A model generated the notes under the pieces. The model was not told the origin of the DNA. It saw nothing but the letters and a program-made list of their open reading frames with translations, and made no database searches. Shown in pieces: positions 45,216 through 53,191 of a stretch of DNA of 64,000 bases (its first letter is position 1; each line of letters starts with the position of its first letter). The stretch covers positions 496,236 through 560,235 of the forward strand of contig CP066685.1 of NCBI GenBank assembly GCA_016432345.1. The letters are read 5' to 3'. The DNA comes from Candidatus Levyibacteriota bacterium (GTDB taxonomy: Bacteria > Patescibacteriota > Microgenomatia > Levybacterales > UBA12049). The translations under genes and the position numbers were made by a program.

Positions 45216-48200
45216 TTATAACATTTTCCTCATTTTAAGATAAGATAATCCTGTTGCTCCAAATAACAAAACCCCAGCAATCGGCAAAAAATTTATTTTA
45301 TTTTTTTCTTGCAGAGTTGGTTTATCTGCAGATTTGGATTCGACAGTTTGCTGATCTAATTTTGATTCTTTTTTGAGTTCTTCTTTTGGTTTTGGTTCTA
45401 TTTTTGCTCCCAGCACATTTTCTTTAAAGCCCGCTGCCGCGCCTTGTTCGGAAAATCCAATTGGCGTAGCGGCAATTTCGTTGGAGTAATCTCCTGGGGT
45501 ACATCCATTGCCCGCCCGTACTCTAAAATAATATGTCTGTCCGCCGGAGAGATTTTCTACCACAAAATTGGTTGTTCCTTTTCCTCCAATGTTGGGGTTG
45601 CCATACTGCAATTTTCCAGGCTCTGTTCCATAGGCAATAAGGTAATACGAAATTGGCCCCGCCCCTTCTTTCCATGATAGTGCGACGGTGTTGATGCCGG
45701 CAAAAGTGGAAGTGAGGGTAGGCGCGCTTTGTGGCTTTTCGTCGTTGCAAGTTGCAGCAGAGGTGGAGTTTGAAGATGTAGAAGATGAGGAACTAGAACT
45801 TGAAGCAGTTACTGTCGGTGTTGGTGTCGGAGTCGGAGTTGGAGTAGGTGTTGGTGTGGGAGTGAGCGTTGGGTCGCTGGCAAGGGTAATACTTCGTTCG
45901 TCGGTTACCTGCTCGGGCGAGCCGCGGGAAATAAGGCGGTAGTAGTAGGTTTTTCCAGGCAGCAAATCGGTGATTGTTACAGAATGGTTTTTTGTTTTTG
46001 TTGGTTTTTCGTCGGTTCCATTGTCGTATCCATATTTAGTTCCAGAGCCTTTGACTTTTTTTGACTGGCTGCCAAAAACAACGCGACTATACGATGGTCT
46101 ATCGGTTGTCCAGGTAACAGTAAAAGAAGTCGCGGTATTTTCGGCAACGGTTATTGACGTATCGTCAATTTTTGGGGCGATTTCATATTCTTCTGTGAGC
46201 GTGTCGCTTAGATTACCTGCAGTATCTTTTGCTACCGTTTTGAGTGTTACACTGCTGCCGTCAATTATAATTGGCGCAACGTAGATGAGTCTGGCGCTGG
46301 AGGTGGAAGGATCTGTTCCATCGAGGGTATAAAAAATGGTAGGTTTATTAGGTGCATCAAGACTTGTAATTTCAATTGATCGTGGTTTTAGATATTTATC
46401 TCCTGGAATGTCCACTGTAGGTTTGGTTGGAGGAATGCCATCTGTTGGAGTGGTAGTTTGTTGGTTATTCCATTTGTCTGATGAGATATCTTTAATGCCA
46501 GTTCCTGTTCCATTTCCTTTGAGGGTAACAATCGGTGTTTTTCCTGCGTCATTTGGTTCTGTTGTTTCTTCAATAGTTATTGTAACTTTGTTTTTCTCAT
46601 TGCCATCTCGTTTTGCGGTAACAACTTTGTATCCTTCAACATTAAAATCAGAATTATTGCTTGATTCATTTACTGTGTTCGCGTTTACATCCCGTACAAA
46701 AGTTACCTCAATTTTATCTATTTTGCCGTTGTTATTGGTATCAAGGGTTTTGGTGCTTTTTATTTGCGGTGGTGTGGTATCAGTTGGTGTTGTATCGTTG
46801 CTTTCGCCATTTTGTTTATATCCCAGAGAAAACGTCGCCGGCTCATCATTTTTTGTTTGGCTCGAAATTTTGTTTACAGTTGCGCTGCCAGTTGCTGTAT
46901 GTCGATACGTTTCAAGCTTAAATTGGTTTATGACAGCGCTTGTTGTTGCAACAGTAATGCTATATGTGTCGTTATTTGGTTTAGGTATTAGCAGCATTTT
47001 ATAGTCTGGACTTGTAGTTTCGCTTATTGGATCTTTAATGCCATGCTCTAGATAATAGATAGCGTTTGGTATATCGGTATAGGTGGTTGTGCCATTACTG
47101 CCTGCTTTTTGACCACTGCTATTTGTTAGATATATGTCAACATCTGGGTCTACAACAACTATTAGATACGAAAGATTCGTATTAGAAGGGATAAATCGTC
47201 TCATGGAAAGAAAAGTATCGTTGTATGAGGCTAAAGTTGTCCTCTCATCGTAAAAAGGATCGTTAATATCAAAAGTTGTTCCATTGATTCCCTTGGCAAC
47301 AATAAAATGTCCTGGTTCTTCAAGTATTACTGGATTATTACTATCTAATTGGTTTTTTAATTTAGTTTTGTCATTGTCGCCCCACACAAATTCTAAGGCA
47401 TCAAAATCAGTGATATTATTTACTGTTTTTGCAAGTTTGGATAAGTCGGCTATGGCTGCCCAATTTACTTTGCCTCGTATATAGCCACCATCGCCACCTT
47501 CATAATTTTTTAACCAAAGATTTAGAGTATCTGGTTGGAGATCAGATCCATCTGGCAATTTTTTAATACCATAGTAATTAAGTATCATTGCAGCCGATGT
47601 CATAGCACATCCCCAGCGATTGATTGTTGTTGCTTCTCCAGTTTTTGCCCAATCGGTTGCAGTGTCATATTCTAATCCCTGCCACGGCTCCGAAGTTTGC
47701 TTAAGTAGCGGAACATCGAGCGGAGAATCGATGTTCGTAACAACAATGTTATCAAACCAGACTTCTGAATCTGGATCTGCGCCAACGCTTGCTTGAAGAC
47801 CAATTGTTCCACCATCAAAATAAGGCGAAGAATCCTCCAATTTCCAGATTTCATCATTGTTAATAAATAATTTAATTACATTTTTAGAAAATTCTATTTT
47901 AAAATGGTATGTTTGGTTATCCTGAAAAGAATATGATTTTTGTTCTACTCGATAGTAACTTCCTATAACTTTTTGAAAGTATATAGTTGATCCGTAAGTC
48001 ATAAAGTCATACCAATTAGAGGAGTCTAAATACTTAAATAGGATGTTTCTATTAGCTATAGCTGTGTTTTTATATTCCATATCAAAGCTGTACGAGTATC
48101 CAATAAAGCCAGAAAGATCAAAATTGTTTGGAATAATTTCAGTTGTGCAACTTGGACCGTTTATTCTAATACCAGCCTTGCCATTTTCTATATTCCAAGT

Positions 48201-48404
48201 AGTAGGGATACCCCCGTACAAACAGGACTTTGATGTATTTGAGTATTGTGTGTTTCTTTTAACAGCCCAATTATTTAAATTTCCTGTATCAAAGTTTTCT
48301 TGGAATACTTTATGAGAGGCAAAGCTTTGTGAAGTAAAAAATAGACTAATAAAAGCCAAAAAAATAAAAACAAAAAGAAACCTGAGGGCCATCAGTTTCT
48401 TCAC
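45216..48404 (-). CDS. Large multidomain surface protein: signal peptide, LamG/ConA-like lectin, C39-like cysteine peptidase, Ig/FN3-like repeats, (TP)n/poly-Ser linker, FN3 and C-terminal anchor
   Basis: 1062 aa. The C39-like core carries Cys in RWGCAMTSAAMILNYYG and His in PGHFIVAKG. FYTLDGTDPS is chitobiase-C-like. TVTWTTDRPSYSRVVFG and LSWKEGAGPISYYLIAYG are FN3-like. The C-terminus LPIAGVLLFGATGLSYLKMRKML is a hydrophobic segment followed by a basic tail. Confidence 0.8.
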   Translation of the reverse strand: MKKLMALRFLFVFIFLAFISLFFTSQSFASHKVFQENFDTGNLNNWAVKRNTQYSNTSKSCLYGGIPTTWNIENGKAGIRINGPSCTTEIIPNNFDLSGFIGYSYSFDMEYKNTAIANRNILFKYLDSSNWYDFMTYGSTIYFQKVIGSYYRVEQKSYSFQDNQTYHFKIEFSKNVIKLFINNDEIWKLEDSSPYFDGGTIGLQASVGADPDSEVWFDNIVVTNIDSPLDVPLLKQTSEPWQGLEYDTATDWAKTGEATTINRWGCAMTSAAMILNYYGIKKLPDGSDLQPDTLNLWLKNYEGGDGGYIRGKVNWAAIADLSKLAKTVNNITDFDALEFVWGDNDKTKLKNQLDSNNPVILEEPGHFIVAKGINGTTFDINDPFYDERTTLASYNDTFLSMRRFIPSNTNLSYLIVVVDPDVDIYLTNSSGQKAGSNGTTTYTDIPNAIYYLEHGIKDPISETTSPDYKMLLIPKPNNDTYSITVATTSAVINQFKLETYRHTATGSATVNKISSQTKNDEPATFSLGYKQNGESNDTTPTDTTPPQIKSTKTLDTNNNGKIDKIEVTFVRDVNANTVNESSNNSDFNVEGYKVVTAKRDGNEKNKVTITIEETTEPNDAGKTPIVTLKGNGTGTGIKDISSDKWNNQQTTTPTDGIPPTKPTVDIPGDKYLKPRSIEITSLDAPNKPTIFYTLDGTDPSTSSARLIYVAPIIIDGSSVTLKTVAKDTAGNLSDTLTEEYEIAPKIDDTSITVAENTATSFTVTWTTDRPSYSRVVFGSQSKKVKGSGTKYGYDNGTDEKPTKTKNHSVTITDLLPGKTYYYRLISRGSPEQVTDERSITLASDPTLTPTPTPTPTPTPTPTPTVTASSSSSSSSTSSNSTSAATCNDEKPQSAPTLTSTFAGINTVALSWKEGAGPISYYLIAYGTEPGKLQYGNPNIGGKGTTNFVVENLSGGQTYYFRVRAGNGCTPGDYSNEIAATPIGFSEQGAAAGFKENVLGAKIEPKPKEELKKESKLDQQTVESKSADKPTLQEKNKINFLPIAGVLLFGATGLSYLKMRKML
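45813..45863 (-). repeat. Coding hexanucleotide repeat encoding (Thr-Pro)8-Thr linker, followed by a poly-Ser run
   Basis: TPTPTPTPTPTPTPTPT is encoded with varied synonymous codons. The adjacent SSSSSSSSTSS run is at about 45769-45810. Confidence 0.9.
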
Positions 48405-48435
48405 AATAATTTAGTTTAGTCAGGAATTGTATTAT

Positions 48436-48464
48436 TTGTCAAGCTAGGAGAATAATGTTAGAAT
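48436..48464 (+). promoter_or_regulatory. Promoter (TTGTCA-17 nt-TAGAAT), 6 nt upstream of the GTG start
   Basis: The hexamers lie at 48436-48441 and 48459-48464. There is no SD, which implies a leaderless transcript. Confidence 0.4.
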
Positions 48465-48470
48465 TAATCT

Positions 48471-49211
48471 GTGAGTAAATCAGATAGAAGAAAAAAACAT
48501 GAGGATTTTCATAAAAATACCCATATACAAAAGAGACTAATAAATGTAAATAATTTTACATACAGAATTATTATCTCTGTCATAAATAAATATTTAAAAG
48601 GAAAAAAGAAAATTTTAGATATTGGTTGTGGTGCTGGCACTATATGTTTATATTTAGCGGGTAAAGGATATGATGTGCTTGGAATAGACATTTCTCAAAA
48701 TGCTATTAATTCGTGCAATGAAAGTGCTAAAGTTTTGGGATTAGAAAATGTTAATTTTGAAAGAAAAACATTTCCCACAGAAATTCCTAATGATAAATTT
48801 GATTATATTATTTGCAGTGAGGTTATAGAGCACCTTGAGGACGATGATTTTGCTCTAAAAAAAATATATGCGCTTCTTAAACCTAATGGTATTGCCATTT
48901 TTTCTACTCCTTCAGAAAATGCTCCACTTTATAAACTTGGTTTAGCAAAGGAATTTGATGATAAAGTTGGTCATTTAAGACGATATACCGTGGAAAAATT
49001 GGTAGCGAAATGTAAAACAAACAATTTTTCTATTCTAGAAACAAGAAAAACAGAGGGTGTTTTAAGAAATTTTTTATTCCTAAATCCAGTTGCAGGTAAA
49101 TTTGTTCGTTTTATTAAATTTTTTATTTCTGATATCGTGACTTTTTTTGATGAAATATCCTTGAGATTATTTGGAGAATCACAAATTTTCGTAGTTGTTA
49201 AAAAGTTATGA
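48471..49211 (+). CDS. Class I SAM-dependent methyltransferase
   Basis: SAM motif I is ILDIGCGAGTICLYLA, and the post-I acidic residue is in VLGIDIS. The gene uses a GTG start; there is no in-frame ATG before motif I. Confidence 0.82.
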   Translation: MSKSDRRKKHEDFHKNTHIQKRLINVNNFTYRIIISVINKYLKGKKKILDIGCGAGTICLYLAGKGYDVLGIDISQNAINSCNESAKVLGLENVNFERKTFPTEIPNDKFDYIICSEVIEHLEDDDFALKKIYALLKPNGIAIFSTPSENAPLYKLGLAKEFDDKVGHLRRYTVEKLVAKCKTNNFSILETRKTEGVLRNFLFLNPVAGKFVRFIKFFISDIVTFFDEISLRLFGESQIFVVVKKL

Positions 49212-49951
49212 TCTCCTTTTTTTTTGGGAGGGGTTACAATTTTGAAGCGCATATAGTTTTAACTATAAATAAATTTTATATAGCAGTTTTTTTGTTTTTG
49301 CTGATTGTTATTCCTTTTATTACGTTTACATTGCAAAAAAAGAGCAGTGAGCCGTCTGTTACGAATTTTATACCTACTATTGCTCCGAGCGCCACAGAGA
49401 AGACTACCGCAACAATTACGGAATTTGTGCCGGTATCGGAAAGTCCACAGGATAATCAACAATTGACACCTCCGCCATTTTATCCAGGTTTGTCATGGAC
49501 ACTTGTAGACAAACAAGAACTAAAAAAAAGTATAGGTGATTATAAGGTTCATTATTCAAGCAAAAATCACGATGGTAATTTTTCTCTTTCTGGCAAAGAG
49601 TGGGTGGGGGTAAAACAAAAAATCTCACAAGTTGAATTAAACAAAATGGAAGGTGATTTTACTAATTACTATAACGACAAGCTTACAAAGCTTGGGTGGG
49701 AATCTTCAACAGAAACAAATGGATTTTTGCTTCAATCTATAGCTGCTGATGGTCCTAGTGGCGGTATTTGGGGATATGTTAAAGTAGAAAACGAAACAAC
49801 ATTAGAAGCCATTATTTTACAAAAAGAAACGCCAACTTCTCTTTTTTCTCCTCCAGAAGGAGATCCTGATCCATGTCCTTGTGATATTACCTTTCGAATA
49901 TTTGTAAGTAATCCCCAAGACCTTACAAAAGTTTTACCTACATCTCCTTAA
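49208..49951 (+). CDS. Hypothetical membrane-anchored extracytoplasmic protein
   Basis: 247 aa with one TM helix (FYIAVFLFLLIVIPFITF) and a Thr/Pro-rich linker. I recognise no family. Confidence 0.5.
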   Translation: MISFFFGRGYNFEAHIVLTINKFYIAVFLFLLIVIPFITFTLQKKSSEPSVTNFIPTIAPSATEKTTATITEFVPVSESPQDNQQLTPPPFYPGLSWTLVDKQELKKSIGDYKVHYSSKNHDGNFSLSGKEWVGVKQKISQVELNKMEGDFTNYYNDKLTKLGWESSTETNGFLLQSIAADGPSGGIWGYVKVENETTLEAIILQKETPTSLFSPPEGDPDPCPCDITFRIFVSNPQDLTKVLPTSP

Positions 49952-49952
49952 T

Positions 49953-50981
49953 ATGACTATACTTTTTTTTGCCAGGTTGTTTTGGCCTCATGGGGGTGGG
50001 GTGGAGACGCATGTTTTGGAAGTGGGGAAAAGGTTAATTGGAAAAGGATATAAGGTTGTAGTTGTTACCGAATTATTAGCAAAGACAAAAGAAAAAGAAA
50101 ATATAGGGGGGATTGAGATTTTTAGAATTCCGGTTGGGAAAGATAATTGGTTTAAGAAATTTAGAATTTGGAAGTGGTTTTGGCAAAACAGAAAGTTAAT
50201 CCAGCAAGCAGATATTGCGCATGCTCACGACGTTTTCTTTTGGTACCTGCCTTTTCGTTTTCTCTATCTTAACAAACCAATCTATACTACCTTCCATGGC
50301 TACGAAACAAAATTCCCTCCGGCAAAGAAAGCAATTTTCGTTCGTAGGCTAAGCGAGAAGCTCTCTTGGGGAAACATTTGTGTAGGAGACTATATTAAAA
50401 AGTGGTACAAGACAAAACCGAACTACATTACTTACGGAGGCGTGAACGTCCACCTCGGAGGAGTCATGGTTTCGCAAGCTCAGCAGCCTGCCACCATCCG
50501 AGGTGAAGACCAAAAACTTAACATACTTTTCATCGGGAGATTGGAGGAGGATATTGGGATTAGCTTGTATTTACAAGCTATACGAAAGATGAAAAAGACC
50601 AGAAATGTAGATGTTATTTTTTTGGGAGATGGGAGTTTTCGACATGAGGCAGAGAAGTTGGGCAGAGTTACAACATTTCAAGAGAAGTTTGTCGTCCAGG
50701 CAGATGTGGTATTTGCCTCTTCATATCTTTCGATGCTGTCTGCCATGGCTGCCAAAAAACCAGTTGTTGCCGTGTATACAAATTCTCTAAAAAAAGATTA
50801 CTTAACTATGACACCGTTTGCAAAGTTTATAACGATTGTTGATTCTCTTGATAAGATTGTGGATACAGTAAAAAATTTAGAGAAAACAAACCAGATGGTC
50901 GATCAGGCATATGACTGGGTAAAAGGTCAGACATGGGAGAAGATAGTTAATCTATATATAAAATTGTGGAAGATGAATTAA
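49953..50981 (+). CDS. Glycosyltransferase family 1 (GT-B)
   Basis: The sequence shows FWPHGGGVETHV and ILFIGRLEEDIG. A locally GC-rich stretch lies at about 50434-50510 in the interdomain linker. Confidence 0.8.
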   Translation: MTILFFARLFWPHGGGVETHVLEVGKRLIGKGYKVVVVTELLAKTKEKENIGGIEIFRIPVGKDNWFKKFRIWKWFWQNRKLIQQADIAHAHDVFFWYLPFRFLYLNKPIYTTFHGYETKFPPAKKAIFVRRLSEKLSWGNICVGDYIKKWYKTKPNYITYGGVNVHLGGVMVSQAQQPATIRGEDQKLNILFIGRLEEDIGISLYLQAIRKMKKTRNVDVIFLGDGSFRHEAEKLGRVTTFQEKFVVQADVVFASSYLSMLSAMAAKKPVVAVYTNSLKKDYLTMTPFAKFITIVDSLDKIVDTVKNLEKTNQMVDQAYDWVKGQTWEKIVNLYIKLWKMN

Positions 50982-51041
50982 CTATGATCTTTCGAAAGAT
51001 CAAAAGAAATTCAGATTAGATTGATTTGACAGTAATAAATT

Positions 51042-51992
51042 ATGAAGATAAGTTTTATTTCGACTGTTTACAATGAGGAGAAGACGATTGGATGGATGCT
51101 AGAGAGTTTGGCAAAACAGACGAGGATGCCAGACGAGATGATTATTGTAGATGGAGATTCAACCGACAGTACGCTGTCGGTAATTTTCAATTTTCAATTT
51201 TCAATTTTCAATCAAAACACAAAAAATAAATTTTCAAAAATAAAAATACTTACAAAAAAAGGGAATCGGGCGGTGGGACGAAATGAGGCGATAAGAAATG
51301 CGACAGGCGATATTATTGTATGTTCGGATGCGGGATGCCAGTTGGATAAGGATTGGGTGAAGAATATTGTGAAGCCGTTTGAAAATCCAAAAGTAGATGT
51401 TGTCGCAGGGTACTATGCAGCAAAGCCACAATCGATCTTTCAAAAATGCCTGGTGCCATATGTGCTTGTTATGCCAGATAAGATTGACCCTAAAAATTTT
51501 CTTCCGGCATCCCGCACAATGGCATTTAGAAAATCTATTTGGGAAAAAGTTGGTGGGTTTCCAGAAAGATACTCGCATAACGAAGATTATGTTTTTGCAA
51601 AGAAGTTAAAGCACATTGGAGTAAATATCGTTTTTGCCAAAGATGCCATTGTTTACTGGATGCCTCGAAAGAATCTAAAGCAAGCATTCATTATGTTTTT
51701 CCGCTTTGCCTTTGGCGACGCAGAAGCTCGTATTTTTCGCCCAAAAGTTTTTTTGATTTTCGTTCGTTATTTATTTGTATTTTTTCTCATTTTTTTACTT
51801 ATTGGTTTTCAACTATACGCTATACGCTATACGCTATACGCTATGTTTTTATTGTACGTGACGTGGTCTGTTTGGAAGAACTACAAATACGTTGCAGACT
51901 GGCGCGCAATCGTAATTTTGCCTATACTACAAATAACTGCTGATATTGCAGTAATTTTGGGAACGATATGGGGTATACAACACAGGCAATAA
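51042..51992 (+). CDS. Glycosyltransferase family 2 with C-terminal TM region
   Basis: The sequence shows ISFISTVYNEE, IIVDGDSTDST, GRNEAIRNA and CSDAG, with C-terminal hydrophobic helices. It carries cassettes at 51183-51213 and 51813-51844. Confidence 0.85.
   Translation: MKISFISTVYNEEKTIGWMLESLAKQTRMPDEMIIVDGDSTDSTLSVIFNFQFSIFNQNTKNKFSKIKILTKKGNRAVGRNEAIRNATGDIIVCSDAGCQLDKDWVKNIVKPFENPKVDVVAGYYAAKPQSIFQKCLVPYVLVMPDKIDPKNFLPASRTMAFRKSIWEKVGGFPERYSHNEDYVFAKKLKHIGVNIVFAKDAIVYWMPRKNLKQAFIMFFRFAFGDAEARIFRPKVFLIFVRYLFVFFLIFLLIGFQLYAIRYTLYAMFLLYVTWSVWKNYKYVADWRAIVILPILQITADIAVILGTIWGIQHRQ
51183..51213 (+). repeat. Perfect heptanucleotide array (AATTTTC)x4.4 in a GT2 gene
   Basis: Period-7 identity holds from 51183 to 51213. 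It encodes IFNFQFSIFN just after the DGDSTDST motif. Confidence 0.95.
51813..51844 (+). repeat. Perfect heptanucleotide array (CTATACG)x4.6 in the same GT2 gene
   Basis: Period-7 identity holds from 51813 to 51844. It encodes LYAIRYTLYAM within the C-terminal hydrophobic region. Confidence 0.95.
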
Positions 51993-53191
51993 AAGGGATT
52001 TCGTGGGTTGGTCTTCTTCGGGGAACGACGCGAATTGTATCATTTGCAAAAATTGCCATTCTGGCCAGAATTTTAACCCCAGCCCAATTTGGCGTGTATG
52101 GCATTGCCGCACTTGCCCTGTCTTTTTTAGATGTCCTGACCGAGACAGGAGTAAATGTTATTTTAATACAAGAAAAAGACGATATTGACCGACATATCAG
52201 TTCGGCATGGATTGTGTCGATAGCGCGAGGAATTTTAATGTCGGGGGTTATATTGGTTATGGCGCCGTTTGTTGCTGGTTTTTTCCAAAGCCCTGATTCG
52301 CTTTTTTTGTTGCAGCTAATTAGTATTGTGCCTTTGCTTCGCGGATTTATTAACCCTTCGGTGGTAAAGTTTCAAAGAGATTTACAGTTTAAGAAAGAGT
52401 TTTTATACCGGTCGGTGTTGTTCGTAATCGATGCTGGTACGGCGGTTGCAGTTGCCTTTGCCACTCATCAAGCGGCAAGTATTGTGGTTGGGTTGATTGT
52501 GGGGGTGGTTGTCGAAGCAGTATTGTCTTTTGTTGTTGCGAAGCCAAGGCCAACACTGCGGTTTGAAAACGAGTATATTGCCAAGATATTTCATAGGGGA
52601 AAATGGGTAACATTGTCGGGAGTATTCCAGTACTTATTCCAAAATGTCGACAACATTGTGGTTGGTAAGTTGCTTGGTACTGGGTCGCTTGGGCTTTATC
52701 AGCTTGGGTATTCCATATCTATTTTACCAATTAGCGAAGTGGCAGATGTGGTATCTCGGGTGACTTTTCCTGTTTATACAAAGATAGCAGATGATACCGA
52801 CAGGCTTCGTAAAGCATTTATGCGGACTGTTATGATTATTGCATGCGTTACGATTCCTTTTGGGATTATTTTGTTTTTCTTTTCCGAACAGCTAATTACT
52901 CTTGTATTTGGAAAGCAGTGGGTGGGTGTTGTTCCCGCTCTTCGAGTTTTGGCTATTTTTGGCGTTATTCGCGCAGTGTTTGGTTTTTGCGCCACGCTTT
53001 TTTTGGCAGTTGGAAAGCAAGAATATATTACCGTGGCAACGCTTGCAAGTATTACAGCCATGGGATTAGTTATTGTGCCGTTTGTTAATTCGTTTGGGTT
53101 GATTGGCGCAGCGTATGCAGCACTTGTTGGGTCAGTTTTTGGGAGCATTGTTTTTAGTTTTTTTACCATTAAGGTTTTGTATTCTAAATGA
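51968..53191 (+). CDS. Polysaccharide biosynthesis protein / Wzx-like MOP-family flippase
   Basis: 407 aa with about 12 TM helices. The N-terminus KGISWVGLLRGTTRIVSFAKIAILARILTPAQFG is typical of PST-family flippases. Confidence 0.78.
   Translation: MGYTTQAIKGISWVGLLRGTTRIVSFAKIAILARILTPAQFGVYGIAALALSFLDVLTETGVNVILIQEKDDIDRHISSAWIVSIARGILMSGVILVMAPFVAGFFQSPDSLFLLQLISIVPLLRGFINPSVVKFQRDLQFKKEFLYRSVLFVIDAGTAVAVAFATHQAASIVVGLIVGVVVEAVLSFVVAKPRPTLRFENEYIAKIFHRGKWVTLSGVFQYLFQNVDNIVVGKLLGTGSLGLYQLGYSISILPISEVADVVSRVTFPVYTKIADDTDRLRKAFMRTVMIIACVTIPFGIILFFFSEQLITLVFGKQWVGVVPALRVLAIFGVIRAVFGFCATLFLAVGKQEYITVATLASITAMGLVIVPFVNSFGLIGAAYAALVGSVFGSIVFSFFTIKVLYSK

Noticed and set aside
45769-45863. The (TP)8 and poly-Ser coding repeats, considered as possible members of the heptamer cassette class or as a CRISPR-like repeat
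   Set aside because: The period is 6 or 3 nt with mixed synonymous codons. This is an ordinary low-complexity interdomain linker of a surface protein.
46336-47004. 222-aa ORF on the plus strand, plus several smaller ORFs
   Set aside because: It is antisense to the 1062-aa surface-protein gene, whose domain motifs are clear on the minus strand.
51027-51032. Consensus TTGACA 9 nt upstream of the GT2 start at 51042
   Set aside because: It is too close to the start codon to act as a -35 for this gene, and no matching -10 is present.
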